Numbered from the stretch's first letter, positions 15,549 through 24,710 are shown. The stretch: 38,514 bases of DNA from a virus (IMGVR_UViG_3300037834_000037:1-38514), one strand, 5' to 3'. The notes: generated by a model not told the origin, from the sequence alone. Program-made: numbers and translations.

Positions 15549-17242
15549 CCGGCGTCCGCACGATCAAGGGCATCACCGACCACCTGGGCCGGCCCATCCA
15601 GGTCGATGTGCTGAAGGAGGAGGTGTCGGCCCCGACGCTCCGGGGCGTGCGACAGATCCTGGGCGGCCATCCGGAAGTCGGCCTGACGCCCCAGCGGCTG
15701 GCCGGCCTGCTGCGTCAGGCGGAGAACCACGACCCCGAGGCCTATCTGGAACTGGCCGAGGCCATGGAGGAGAAGGACCTCCACTATCTGTCGGTCATGG
15801 GCACGCGCAAACGGGCGGTCTCCCAGCTGCCGATCACGGTCGAGGCGGCTGACGACACGCCCGAGGCCGAGGCCGACGCCGAACTGGTGCGGACCTGGCT
15901 GAAGCGCGACTGCCTGGAAGACGAGCTGTTCGACGTCCTGGACGCGATCGGCAAGGGCTTCTCGGTCTCCGAGATCGTGTGGGAGACGACGGCCAAGGCG
16001 TGGATGCCGGCGCGCCTGGTCTGGCGCGACCCGCGCTGGTTCCAGTTCGACCAGGTGACGGGCGCGCGGATCACCCTTCGGGACGGCAGCGCCGACGGCG
16101 TCGAGCTGGAGCCGTTCAAGTACTTGGTCCACCTGCACAAGGCGAAGTCCGGCCTGGCCATCCGAGGTGGCCTGGCCCGCTCGGTCGCCTGGGGCTACCT
16201 GTTCAAGAACTACGCCATGAAGGACTGGGTCGCCTTCGCCGAGATCTACGGCCTGCCGTTCCGGGTGGGTCGCTATGACGTCAACGCCTCGGAGACCGAC
16301 CGCCGGAACCTGTTGCGCGCCGTGGCCCAGATGGGGGCCGACGCCGCTGGCATCATTCCCAAATCCACCGAGATAGAATTCATCGACGGCAAGTCGTCAG
16401 GCGCGGACGGCGCGCTGTTCTCGTCCCTGGCCGAATACCTGGACCGCCAGATTTCCAAGGCGGTCCTCGGCCAGACGGCCACGACCGATGCCGAGGCGGG
16501 CGGGCTGGGCGGGTCGCAGGGCACCGTCCACAACGACGTGCGCGGCGACATCGAGCGCGCCGACGCCAAGCTGCTGGCGGCCACCCTGAACCTTCAGCTG
16601 GTCCGGCCGATGGTCCAGCTGAACCACGGCTCGCGCGAAGCTTACCCGCGCCTGGTGATAGGACGCGAAGAGTCGGTTGACCTGACGGCGACCACCGAGG
16701 CGCTGGATGTCCTCGTCGGGCTTGGGTTGAAGGTGCCCGCCGGCTGGGCGCGCAAGTTGATCCGGGCACCCGAGCCGAAGGGTGAGGAAGAGGTGCTGAG
16801 TGCGCCCGCCCCCGCGCCATCACCGTTGCCCCACGGCATTTCGCCCGGGAGCCTCGGGGAGGGTGGGGCCGCGCCCATGGGGCCCGGCGACCCCTCGAAA
16901 GGCTCCAGGAGCCCTTTACGGCCCTTTAGCGGGCCTTCAGGGGAGAGGGTCTCGCTGAATGCCGAGGACCGCCGGGACCCGGACGAGCTGGAGGCGCTGG
17001 CGTCGGAGGCGCTGAGCGGCTGGGAGCCGATGATGGCGCCGGTGGTCGATCCGATCCGCAAGGCGGCGGACGAGGCCGGGGACCTGGAGGATCTCCGCGG
17101 GCGGCTGTCCGCCCTGCTGGCCGAGATCGACCTGAAGGCCGCGGCTGAAGGGCTGGGCCGGGCGACCTTCGTGGCGCGGCTGGCCGGCGAGACGGCGACC
17201 CCGGTGGCCGACGTCGAGCCTGAGGCGGGAGGCACCGCGTGA
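15545..17242 (+). CDS. Portal protein (Mu gp29, DUF935)
   Basis: MEEKDLHY..VMGTRKRAV, DW..FAEIYGLP.RVGRY, ISKAVLGQT.TT, VHNDVR; GTG start with GGAGGAG RBS. Confidence 0.95.
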   Translation: MTGVRTIKGITDHLGRPIQVDVLKEEVSAPTLRGVRQILGGHPEVGLTPQRLAGLLRQAENHDPEAYLELAEAMEEKDLHYLSVMGTRKRAVSQLPITVEAADDTPEAEADAELVRTWLKRDCLEDELFDVLDAIGKGFSVSEIVWETTAKAWMPARLVWRDPRWFQFDQVTGARITLRDGSADGVELEPFKYLVHLHKAKSGLAIRGGLARSVAWGYLFKNYAMKDWVAFAEIYGLPFRVGRYDVNASETDRRNLLRAVAQMGADAAGIIPKSTEIEFIDGKSSGADGALFSSLAEYLDRQISKAVLGQTATTDAEAGGLGGSQGTVHNDVRGDIERADAKLLAATLNLQLVRPMVQLNHGSREAYPRLVIGREESVDLTATTEALDVLVGLGLKVPAGWARKLIRAPEPKGEEEVLSAPAPAPSPLPHGISPGSLGEGGAAPMGPGDPSKGSRSPLRPFSGPSGERVSLNAEDRRDPDELEALASEALSGWEPMMAPVVDPIRKAADEAGDLEDLRGRLSALLAEIDLKAAAEGLGRATFVARLAGETATPVADVEPEAGGTA

Positions 17243-17730
17243 GCTTCGTCGACCAGCCCTTCGCCGACACCTTCGACTTCACCCGCGCCAGGGTCGCGCC
17301 CTATCGCGCCGCGACCGGCCTGATCACCGATGCGCCGGCGGACGCGCCCCGCTTCGATCACGATCCGACCGGCACGCCCCGGGGTCTGCTGGTCGAGGGC
17401 CGGCCACAGTTCGACGCGCCGGACGTGCTGACGGCCCGGGCAGGCGGCTGGGAAGTCGAGGGCGGCACCGTGCTTCACGAGTACGAGACCTCCGACGGCG
17501 AGATCCGGCGTCGCGCCTGGTACGCCCGCGTCGCGCCGAGATCGGTGGTGAACGCCTGCCTGGCCGCCAAGGGCCGACAGCGGGTCATCGCCTATGTGCC
17601 CGGCCACCTGCCCAACCGGGCCGGTCAGGTCCGCTGGCGCGACCGGTTTTGGTCCCTTGGCGCGGGGCTCGCCGCCGGCGGCGGCGACGTGCTGGGCGTC
17701 CAGGACCAAATTCCCCTCATTGAAGGCTGA
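17239..17730 (+). CDS. Putative virion fibre/spike attachment protein
   Basis: FDFTRA..APY...TG.I......PRFDHDPTG..RGLLVEG, a motif seen at the N-terminus of phage head-spike/fibre proteins. Confidence 0.65.
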   Translation: MSFVDQPFADTFDFTRARVAPYRAATGLITDAPADAPRFDHDPTGTPRGLLVEGRPQFDAPDVLTARAGGWEVEGGTVLHEYETSDGEIRRRAWYARVAPRSVVNACLAAKGRQRVIAYVPGHLPNRAGQVRWRDRFWSLGAGLAAGGGDVLGVQDQIPLIEG

Positions 17731-17735
17731 AGGCC

Positions 17736-19904
17736 ATGACCGACGTCATCACCACCCGCCGCATGGACCAGCTCGGCGAGCTGGCGGAGCTCGAGGCCAC
17801 CGACCTGATCCTGGTCGCCCGCGGCGAAGGCCCGGCGCAGACGGCCCAGGCCCAGGCCCTGATGGACTTCATGGAGGCCAACGGCGTCGGCGCGGGCAAC
17901 GCGGCCGCCGCGGTCGCGGCGGCGGAGCTTGCCGAAACGCACAAGGAGGGCGCGCAAACCGCCTTGGCCGGTGCTGAGGCGGTCAAGGCGTCGCTGATCA
18001 CCCTGGGCGGAAAGAACCTCTGGCCCGACCCATTCCTGAAGCGCTGGGGCGACGTGCCAACCTACGGGGTCACCGGTCGCTGGGCCGGCGCCTGGTCGCG
18101 AAAGGACGTGGACAGCCCCTATGGCGGCGGGTCGCTGACGGCGGCTCCGGGCGGCCTGTTGCAGTTCTATCTCCGGCTGGCCGACAGCCCGATCCAACCC
18201 GGCGAGCAGGAAACCTGGGCCTTCCTGTGCGACTCCACGGTCTCGTGGCAGTTCGAGATGCAGTACGAGAGCGCGATAGGGGTGCCCGTCCCGGGCGCGA
18301 CCGCCGTCCGCCCGAACGCCGCCGGGCGCGCGGTCAAGGAAGTGACCATGGTGCGGCCCGCGAACGCGGCCTGGGTTCGCTGCCGGGTGTCGACGACCGG
18401 AGCGGCGTCCACGCGCAAGGTGCTTGGCGTCATCCACGACCGCGGGCCGTTCACCCCGGGCTGGGCCGAGGCGCCTCAGAGCCTGCCGCCGAACGAGCCG
18501 GACAACCTGCACCCCGATCCTTTCAACCGGCTGGCGGCCCGCGGGGTGCCGACAATCGACGGCCACGAGCTGGCCGGTCGCAACCACGTGCCCGCGGTCG
18601 TCTGGCCCGAGCAGGACGCCATCTTGCAGGCCGGCACGCCCTTCACCACCCCCGCCCTGAAGCTGCCGGCCGGAGCCGCGGCCTATGACCAGCGCGTTCC
18701 CGTGGACATCCTTGGGCTGAAGGAAGGCGAGACGGTCTTCTGGAACATGGCCTGGGTCGGCCAGCAGCCGGTGACGGTCGAGTTCAGCTGGCGCAACGCG
18801 GCCATGGCCGTGATCGGCGCGTCGAAGGTGGTGACGGTGGATCCGCGCCCCGGCGGCGTCGCCCTGGCTTGGGGATACGGCAAGACGGTAGGTGAGCTGG
18901 ACGTCTCCGAGGACGTCGTGAACGGCGCCAAATGGCTGTTCGCCCGCGCCTTCGGGGCAGGAACCCCGGTGGCAGCGAACGGCGCCTATCTGCTCGCCAA
19001 GCCGATCTACAAGGATCCGGCCGACATCGACGACGATGAGGGCGACGAGGACTCGATCCGCACCCTGGCCATGTCGAGCGTGCGCGCGCCCGGCATGGGC
19101 CAGACCATGGTGATGATGGGCGATTCCATCGGGGCGGGCGTTGACGTGACGCGCGACACGCTGGGCAACGTCGTCGGCGTCGGCGGCACCCACACGGTGA
19201 CGCACGGACTGCAGAGGCTTCTGTTCCGGCCGGTGATCAACGTCGCGATCGGCGGCACGACCATCGGGCGCCGCGCCGCGGCCGTCCACTATGACGCGCT
19301 TTCGGGTTCAGCCCTGGTCGCGGCCAAGATCGCGGGCGGCCCTTGGACCGCGCAGGATCTCGCCGTCGCCGGCAACGTCGAGGACTTTTCGGCCGCCGCC
19401 AATGCGCTGGCGCGCTGGAAGGCCCTGGACATGACGACGGTGCGGACCCTCGTTTTCCAGCACTCGACCAACGACGTCTACGCCGAGCAGATCCCGCTGG
19501 GGACCGAGGCGTCCAACGACCGGACCACCTACATGGGCGCCTGGCGTTCGACGATCACGGCCGCGAGGGCCGCTTGGCCCTGGCTCCGCATCGTCATCCT
19601 GGCCCCGATCTATCGCAATCGCATCGTGACCCCGGGCGACGGCAACGGGGAGGTCACGCCGAACGAGCCCATCGACGGTTCGGCCGGCTATACGCTTCGG
19701 GATGCGCGCGCCGCACTGGAGGTGCTGAGCGACAGGCTGAAGGTCCCGGTGGTCCGCATGGATGTCCTGACCGGCTTCAGCGCCGAGAACTACGGCGCGA
19801 CCAGTCCCTACACGACGGCCGGCGACCAGCTGCACCCGAACACGTCGGCCGGCCAGGATCGCTGGGTCGAAGCCGCCGCCGCCGGCCTCGGGCCCGTGAG
19901 CTGA
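17736..19904 (+). CDS. Large virion-associated protein with repeated beta-rich domains and C-terminal SGNH/GDSL hydrolase
   Basis: GDSI (block I), NVAIGG (II), STND (III), DQLHP (V); repeated NL(W/H)PDPF domain starts. Confidence 0.85.
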   Translation: MTDVITTRRMDQLGELAELEATDLILVARGEGPAQTAQAQALMDFMEANGVGAGNAAAAVAAAELAETHKEGAQTALAGAEAVKASLITLGGKNLWPDPFLKRWGDVPTYGVTGRWAGAWSRKDVDSPYGGGSLTAAPGGLLQFYLRLADSPIQPGEQETWAFLCDSTVSWQFEMQYESAIGVPVPGATAVRPNAAGRAVKEVTMVRPANAAWVRCRVSTTGAASTRKVLGVIHDRGPFTPGWAEAPQSLPPNEPDNLHPDPFNRLAARGVPTIDGHELAGRNHVPAVVWPEQDAILQAGTPFTTPALKLPAGAAAYDQRVPVDILGLKEGETVFWNMAWVGQQPVTVEFSWRNAAMAVIGASKVVTVDPRPGGVALAWGYGKTVGELDVSEDVVNGAKWLFARAFGAGTPVAANGAYLLAKPIYKDPADIDDDEGDEDSIRTLAMSSVRAPGMGQTMVMMGDSIGAGVDVTRDTLGNVVGVGGTHTVTHGLQRLLFRPVINVAIGGTTIGRRAAAVHYDALSGSALVAAKIAGGPWTAQDLAVAGNVEDFSAAANALARWKALDMTTVRTLVFQHSTNDVYAEQIPLGTEASNDRTTYMGAWRSTITAARAAWPWLRIVILAPIYRNRIVTPGDGNGEVTPNEPIDGSAGYTLRDARAALEVLSDRLKVPVVRMDVLTGFSAENYGATSPYTTAGDQLHPNTSAGQDRWVEAAAAGLGPVS

Positions 19905-19912
19905 CGGCGCCC

Positions 19913-21160
19913 ATGTCCGACCCGGACCGCCTGAAGCCCCTGCCGCCCGAGGAGGCCATCGCCTATTTCCGGCGCAAGGGGCTGGCCGAGGGCTTCTCCT
20001 GGATGGACGTCTGGGAGGAGGAGCACGCCCGTGCCTTCGCCGTCGCAAAGGCCATGTCGCGCGAGATCCTGCAGGACATCCGGGCCGAGGTGGACCGGGC
20101 GATCGCCGAGGGGCGGACGCTGGCCCAGTTCCGCGAGGAGCTGACGCCGATCCTGCAGGCCCGGGGCTGGTGGGGCCGGCAGAAGATGACCGACCCCCTG
20201 ACCGGGGAGACGCGGATCGTCCAGCTGGGCTCGCCCCGGCGACTGAGGACGATCTTCGAGGTCAACCTGAGGACGAGCTATGCGGCCGGCCGCTGGGAGC
20301 GCATCGAGCGCGTCAAGGCGTCCATGCCGTATCTCCGCTACGTCGCGGTCATGGACGGGCGAACCCGGCCGGAACATCGCGCCTGGCACGGCACCGTCCT
20401 GCCGGTCGACGATCCCTGGTGGGACGCCCACTATCCGCCCTGCGGCTGGAACTGCCGGTGCACAGTGACCCAGCTGAACGCCCGGACGCTGGAGCGGCGC
20501 GGCTGGTCGGTGACCGACCGGCCGATCGCATTTCCGGCCAGGACCTTCACCAACCGGCGGACCGGGGAGGTCACCACCGTGCCCGGCGGCATCGATCCCG
20601 GCTGGGCCTACAACGTCGGCAAGGCCGGCCTCAGGGCACAGACCCCGCGGCCGCTGCCCGACGCCCCGGCAGACACCGGCGGCGGCGACGGTGGCGAGGG
20701 CACGGCGCTGAACGCCGAGCGGCCGCTGCGGCGGATGGAACCCGCGCCGATCGGAGTCTCGGCCGAGGCCGCGATCGCCGGCTTTCTGGAGCGGCTGGAG
20801 GCGACCGAGGGCCGTGTCATGACTGACGTCGCCGGCGAGCGCCTGGCGGTCGGCCCGTGGATGTTCCTGGACACGGCGGGGCGGATGGTCAGCTGGCCGG
20901 CCGCCCGGGTCCGCAGCCTGAACTTGGCGGCCGAGGCCTTGGCCGACCCGGACGAGATCCGCGAGAGCTGGCGCCCGGCCGAGGATGGGCGGCTGATGCT
21001 GGTCCGCCGCTGGCTGGCGGACTTCGTCTCGACCGAGGGACTGGTCTCGGTCATGGTCGAGATCGGCCGCGACGGCTGGCGCGTGCGGTCCACCCTGGAA
21101 CCGGACGTCCAGGCCATCGCGTTCCGCAGTCCGACGACGGTGTGGCGACGCCCAGACTGA
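19913..21160 (+). CDS. MuF (gp30) head morphogenesis protein with C-terminal PBECR2-like extension
   Basis: RRLRTIFEVNLRTSYAAGRW, DGRTRPEH..WHG, PPCGWNCRC, IDPGWAYNVG; C-terminal A.ALADPDEI...RRWL. Confidence 0.92.
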   Translation: MSDPDRLKPLPPEEAIAYFRRKGLAEGFSWMDVWEEEHARAFAVAKAMSREILQDIRAEVDRAIAEGRTLAQFREELTPILQARGWWGRQKMTDPLTGETRIVQLGSPRRLRTIFEVNLRTSYAAGRWERIERVKASMPYLRYVAVMDGRTRPEHRAWHGTVLPVDDPWWDAHYPPCGWNCRCTVTQLNARTLERRGWSVTDRPIAFPARTFTNRRTGEVTTVPGGIDPGWAYNVGKAGLRAQTPRPLPDAPADTGGGDGGEGTALNAERPLRRMEPAPIGVSAEAAIAGFLERLEATEGRVMTDVAGERLAVGPWMFLDTAGRMVSWPAARVRSLNLAAEALADPDEIRESWRPAEDGRLMLVRRWLADFVSTEGLVSVMVEIGRDGWRVRSTLEPDVQAIAFRSPTTVWRRPD

Positions 21161-21195
21161 AGCGCCCCTGAAGCGCCGCTCAAGGCCCGTGCGGG

Positions 21196-21211
21196 GGTGC
21201 AGCCTTGCACC
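21196..21211. promoter_or_regulatory. Palindrome GGTGCAGCCTTGCACC, candidate activator site of the head (PI-like) promoter
   Basis: Matches the 11025-11042 motif; 40 bp upstream of the protease gene. Confidence 0.7.
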
Positions 21212-21250
21212 ATAGAAGGGGCGAGTCCCGGCCGGGCATAAGTCTGGTCG

Positions 21251-22282
21251 ATGAAGACCTCCGCCTCCTCTCTCGCCTTGGGCGCATCCAGCCACGTGAT
21301 CGTGGCCGTCTGCGCGGACAGCGACGGCGTCCTGCCCGAGTGGATCCAGCTGTTGCCCATGGGCACGTTCGGCGGCCGCGACGGTCGCGGGCCGTGGAAA
21401 CTGGATGATCTGGCCCATGCCGAGCAGGTCGTCGCCGGCAGCCTGGCCGATCTGGGCCGCCTGCAGGCGGTGGTGGATTACGACCACCAGACCGAGTGGG
21501 CGGCCAAGGAAGGCGTCGGTGGCACCGCGCCGGCGGCCGGCTGGCTCGAAGAGATGCAGGCCCGCGCCGACGGCATCTGGGGGCGTCCGCGCTGGACCCC
21601 CAAGGGCGAGCAGGCCCTGCGCGACGGCGAGTACCGCTACCTCAGCCCCGTCTTCCGCCACGAGCGGTCGAGCGGCCGCGTCACCCGCATCCTGCGGGCC
21701 GCCCTGATCAACAAACCCAACCTGGACCTGCCGGCCGTCGCCGCCGGGTCGATCGACGGAGAACACCACTTGGACACCCTCAAGGTGACCCAGGCCCTCG
21801 GCCTGGGCGAAGACGCCGGCGACGACGCCGTTCTTGCCGCCATCTCGGGCCTGAAGGCGCGCGACGCCGGCATGGCCACCGTGGCCCAAGCAGCCGGCCT
21901 GGCCGCCGACGCCAAGGCGGAAGACGTCGTGACCGCCATCCAGGCGGCCGGCGAAGGCGGCGACACGATCGTGACGCTGAACTCGCAGCTGCAGGCCCTC
22001 AAGGCCGAGCGCGCGGCGGAGAAGGCCCAGGCCAAGGTCGATGCCGCGATCGAGGGCGGCAAGATCGCCCCGGCCGCCCGTACCGAGTTCCTGGCCATCT
22101 GCGCCGCCGACCCGGATCGCTTCGACCGCCTGATGGCCGCCACGCCTACCATCGTGGTCGCCGGCCAGAAGGAGGCTCCGGAGCGCAAGGACGGCGAGCT
22201 GGACGATGACCAGCTGGCCGTCTGCTCGCAGCTCGGCATCACCGCCGAGCAGTTCAAGGCTTCGCAGAAGGACGCCGCCTGA
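21251..22282 (+). CDS. Prohead protease gpI with C-terminal scaffold
   Basis: WIQLLPMG.F.GRDGRGPW, VVDYDHQT, APAAGW, EYRYLSPVF, ALINKPNL. Confidence 0.95.
   Translation: MKTSASSLALGASSHVIVAVCADSDGVLPEWIQLLPMGTFGGRDGRGPWKLDDLAHAEQVVAGSLADLGRLQAVVDYDHQTEWAAKEGVGGTAPAAGWLEEMQARADGIWGRPRWTPKGEQALRDGEYRYLSPVFRHERSSGRVTRILRAALINKPNLDLPAVAAGSIDGEHHLDTLKVTQALGLGEDAGDDAVLAAISGLKARDAGMATVAQAAGLAADAKAEDVVTAIQAAGEGGDTIVTLNSQLQALKAERAAEKAQAKVDAAIEGGKIAPAARTEFLAICAADPDRFDRLMAATPTIVVAGQKEAPERKDGELDDDQLAVCSQLGITAEQFKASQKDAA
21770..22282 (+). CDS. Embedded in-frame scaffold protein (gpZ-like), internal TTG start
   Basis: GGAGA at 21758-21762, 7 nt before an in-frame TTG right after the protease domain; same arrangement as Mu I/Z. 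Confidence 0.6.
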   Translation: MDTLKVTQALGLGEDAGDDAVLAAISGLKARDAGMATVAQAAGLAADAKAEDVVTAIQAAGEGGDTIVTLNSQLQALKAERAAEKAQAKVDAAIEGGKIAPAARTEFLAICAADPDRFDRLMAATPTIVVAGQKEAPERKDGELDDDQLAVCSQLGITAEQFKASQKDAA

Positions 22283-22701
22283 TGGCACTCACTCAAGACG
22301 CGCGCCCCCGCTACCGCAACGACGCCGAGACTTTCGCCGTCCCCCTGGCCAATGACGTGGTCGCCTACATGGGCGCCCTGATCTGCCGCGACACCGCCGA
22401 CTCCGGTCTCGGCAAGCCGGGTGCTGTCTCGACGACGCTGAAGGCGATCGGCGTGGCGCAGGAGCAGGTGTCCAGCGCCGGCCTGGCGGACGGCGCTGTG
22501 TCGGTCACCGTCCGCCGCGGCACTTGGTGCTTCAAGAACAGCGCCGCCGGCGACGCCATCGCCGCCGCCGACATCGGCAACACGGCCTACGTCGTCGACG
22601 ACGAGACCGTGGCCAAGACCAATGGGACCAACACCAGGTCCGCCGCCGGCCGCATCGAGGACGTGGACGCCACCGGCGTCTGGGTCCGCGTCGGCTACTG
22701 A
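22282..22701 (+). CDS. Putative capsid decoration/cement protein
   Basis: Between scaffold and capsid; AD.G...YVVDDETV..T.G..RS.AG.I..VD..GVWV motif. Confidence 0.8.
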   Translation: MALTQDARPRYRNDAETFAVPLANDVVAYMGALICRDTADSGLGKPGAVSTTLKAIGVAQEQVSSAGLADGAVSVTVRRGTWCFKNSAAGDAIAAADIGNTAYVVDDETVAKTNGTNTRSAAGRIEDVDATGVWVRVGY

Positions 22702-22719
22702 TCCGGGAGATCTGACAAC

Positions 22720-23619
22720 GTGATCCGCAACGCCGCCAACTTCACCACCCTGGGCGTGAGCTTCAACGCCCTGTTCAAGGGCGGCCTCGGCCAGGCCGAC
22801 CCCCAGCACACGCGTATCGCCACGCGCGTGCCCTCGACCACCAGCGAGAACGAGTACGGCTGGCTGGGCCAGCTGCCGAATGTCCGCGAGTGGATCGGCG
22901 ACCGCGTCGTGCACGGCTTGGAGGCCCACGACTACACGATCAAGAACAAGAAGTTCGAGCTGACGATCGGGGTCAAGGGCGACGACATCGACGACGACAA
23001 CATCGGCATCTACGGCCCGATGTTCACCGAGATGGGCATGTCGGTCTCGGCCCACTACGAGCAGCTGTGCTTCGGCCTGCTGAAGGACGGCTTCTCGACC
23101 AAGTGCTACGACGGTCAGTTCTTCTTCGACACCGATCACCCGGTGCTGGACAAGGACGGCGTCACCGTCATCTCGGTGGCGAACACCGACGGCGGCGCCG
23201 GCACGCCCTGGTTCCTGATCGACGACAGCCGCGCGCTGAAGCCGATCCTGCTGCAGGTCCGCAAGGACATGTCGGCGCTGAAGGCGAAGGACAAGCCGAC
23301 CGACGACAACGTCTTCGACCGCGACGAGTACAAGTACGGCGTCGATGGTCGCCACAACGCCGGCTTCGGCTTCTGGCAGTTCGCCTGGGGTTCCAAGCAG
23401 ACCCTGAACGCCGCGAACTACGCCGCCGCCCGCGCCGCCCTGTCCGGCATGAAGGGTGACCACGGTCGCCCTCTGGGCATCCGGCCGCGCATCCTGGTCG
23501 TGCCGCCCGCGCTGGAAAGCGCCGGCCGCAAGCTGCTGAACAGCGAATACGGTGCCGGCGGCGAAACCAACGAGTGGAAGGGCACGGCCGAGCTGGTCGT
23601 CGTGCCGTGGCTCGCCTGA
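22720..23619 (+). CDS. Major capsid protein (Mu gpT family)
   Basis: YGWLGQLP..REWIGDR, KPILLQ.RK, YGVDGR.NAGFGFWQ, LVVPPALE, VVPWL. Confidence 0.96.
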   Translation: MIRNAANFTTLGVSFNALFKGGLGQADPQHTRIATRVPSTTSENEYGWLGQLPNVREWIGDRVVHGLEAHDYTIKNKKFELTIGVKGDDIDDDNIGIYGPMFTEMGMSVSAHYEQLCFGLLKDGFSTKCYDGQFFFDTDHPVLDKDGVTVISVANTDGGAGTPWFLIDDSRALKPILLQVRKDMSALKAKDKPTDDNVFDRDEYKYGVDGRHNAGFGFWQFAWGSKQTLNAANYAAARAALSGMKGDHGRPLGIRPRILVVPPALESAGRKLLNSEYGAGGETNEWKGTAELVVVPWLA

Positions 23620-23975
23620 TGGAACGCGCCCTCCGCTTCAAGGCGCGTTCGGGCAAGGGCTTCCGCCGGGCGGGTCTGGCCTTTGGCCAGGACTGGACGG
23701 AGGTCGACCCCAACGTCGTCGAGCCGCGCACGCTCACCCAGCTGGCCGCTGAAGGCGAGCTGGACGCCCAGATCCAGGATGAGGACGGGGAGTGGGTCGC
23801 GCTCCCGCCTCCCGCCCGCGAACTGGCCCAGGCCCAGCTGGCGTCCCTGGAGGACGGCGACTGGTCGGAGATCCACGAGGTCTGGCTGACGGAACGGGCA
23901 CCCGGGGGCGACCCGGGTGAAACCCAGCCGTCACCGGCCCCCAGAAAGGGCCGCGCGAAGTCGGCGGGCGCGTGA
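23619..23975 (+). CDS. HI1506-related / Mu gp35-like protein
   Basis: GFRRAGLAF motif; follows capsid gene with TGATG coupling. Confidence 0.75.
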   Translation: MERALRFKARSGKGFRRAGLAFGQDWTEVDPNVVEPRTLTQLAAEGELDAQIQDEDGEWVALPPPARELAQAQLASLEDGDWSEIHEVWLTERAPGGDPGETQPSPAPRKGRAKSAGA

Positions 23976-24109
23976 GTTTGCCCGACGTCTGAAGGCCGAG
24001 GCGGCGGGTCCCTGAGGAGGAGCCCGCCGCCGACGCCGGAGCCTCCGGCCCTCGCCCCGGCAACGCGGCGCGGCCCCGAGCCCCCGGTTCGCACCACTGA
24101 GGATCGACC

Positions 24110-24277
24110 ATGACCGCTATCGCCATTCTGGCCGCCGGAGGCTTCGTCGCCTGGCTCTGGGGCTGTCGCGTCAACCGCATGACGCCCGACGAGCTGATGG
24201 GTGCCGGCCTGCTGCTGCTCGCGCCCTGGGTGGCGATCGCCGTGGCGGTCGTGGTCGCCCTGATCGTCTGGGCCTGA
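24110..24277 (+). CDS. Small two-TM membrane protein (55 aa, not in ORF track)
   Basis: GAGGA RBS; MTAIAILAAGGFVAWLWGCRVNRMTPDELMGAGLLLLAPWVAIAVAVVVALIVWA. Confidence 0.6.
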   Translation: MTAIAILAAGGFVAWLWGCRVNRMTPDELMGAGLLLLAPWVAIAVAVVVALIVWA

Positions 24278-24281
24278 TCGC

Positions 24282-24710
24282 GTGTACGCCGACCTCGACA
24301 AGCTCAAGGCCCTGACCGGCGACCGGGAGCTGATCCAGCTGACCGACCGCGCGGACGTGCAGACCGGCGCGATCGTGACGGCCACGGTGACCGAGGCGCT
24401 GAAGGCGGCGTCGGACCTGATCGACGGCTATGTCGGGGCGCACTACGGCCTGCCGCTGCCGGAGGTTCCGCCCATGCTGGCGGACCTGTGCTGCGATCTG
24501 GCGCGCCACCGGCTCTACACCACGACCCCGCCCGAGTTCGTCCAGAAGCGTCACGACCAGGCGATGAAGACCCTGCGCGACATCGCCGACGGCCGGGTCA
24601 AGCTGCCGATCGCCGCGGGCGCCCAGGCCGAGCCTCCCGGCCGCGACCAGGTCATGGTGATCGAAAGCGAACCGCGTCGCTTCAGCCGCTCCTCGATGGA
24701 GGGCTGGTGA
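24282..24710 (+). CDS. Head-tail adaptor, Mu gp36 (DUF1320)
   Basis: ELIQLTDR, AS.LIDGYV...Y.LPL..VP..L...CCDLARHRL. Confidence 0.92.
   Translation: MYADLDKLKALTGDRELIQLTDRADVQTGAIVTATVTEALKAASDLIDGYVGAHYGLPLPEVPPMLADLCCDLARHRLYTTTPPEFVQKRHDQAMKTLRDIADGRVKLPIAAGAQAEPPGRDQVMVIESEPRRFSRSSMEGW

Noticed and set aside
19343-19912. Long N-terminal extension of MuF (similar extensions on portal, gp45-gp48 and DUF3164)
   Set aside because: Overlap upstream genes; family homology begins at downstream coupled starts
19808-22288. 826-aa minus-strand ORF and other long antisense ORFs (4381-6267, 21637-23463, 25928-28084, 32501-34270)
   Set aside because: Shadow ORFs opposite well-supported phage genes; expected in high-GC DNA and lacking motifs
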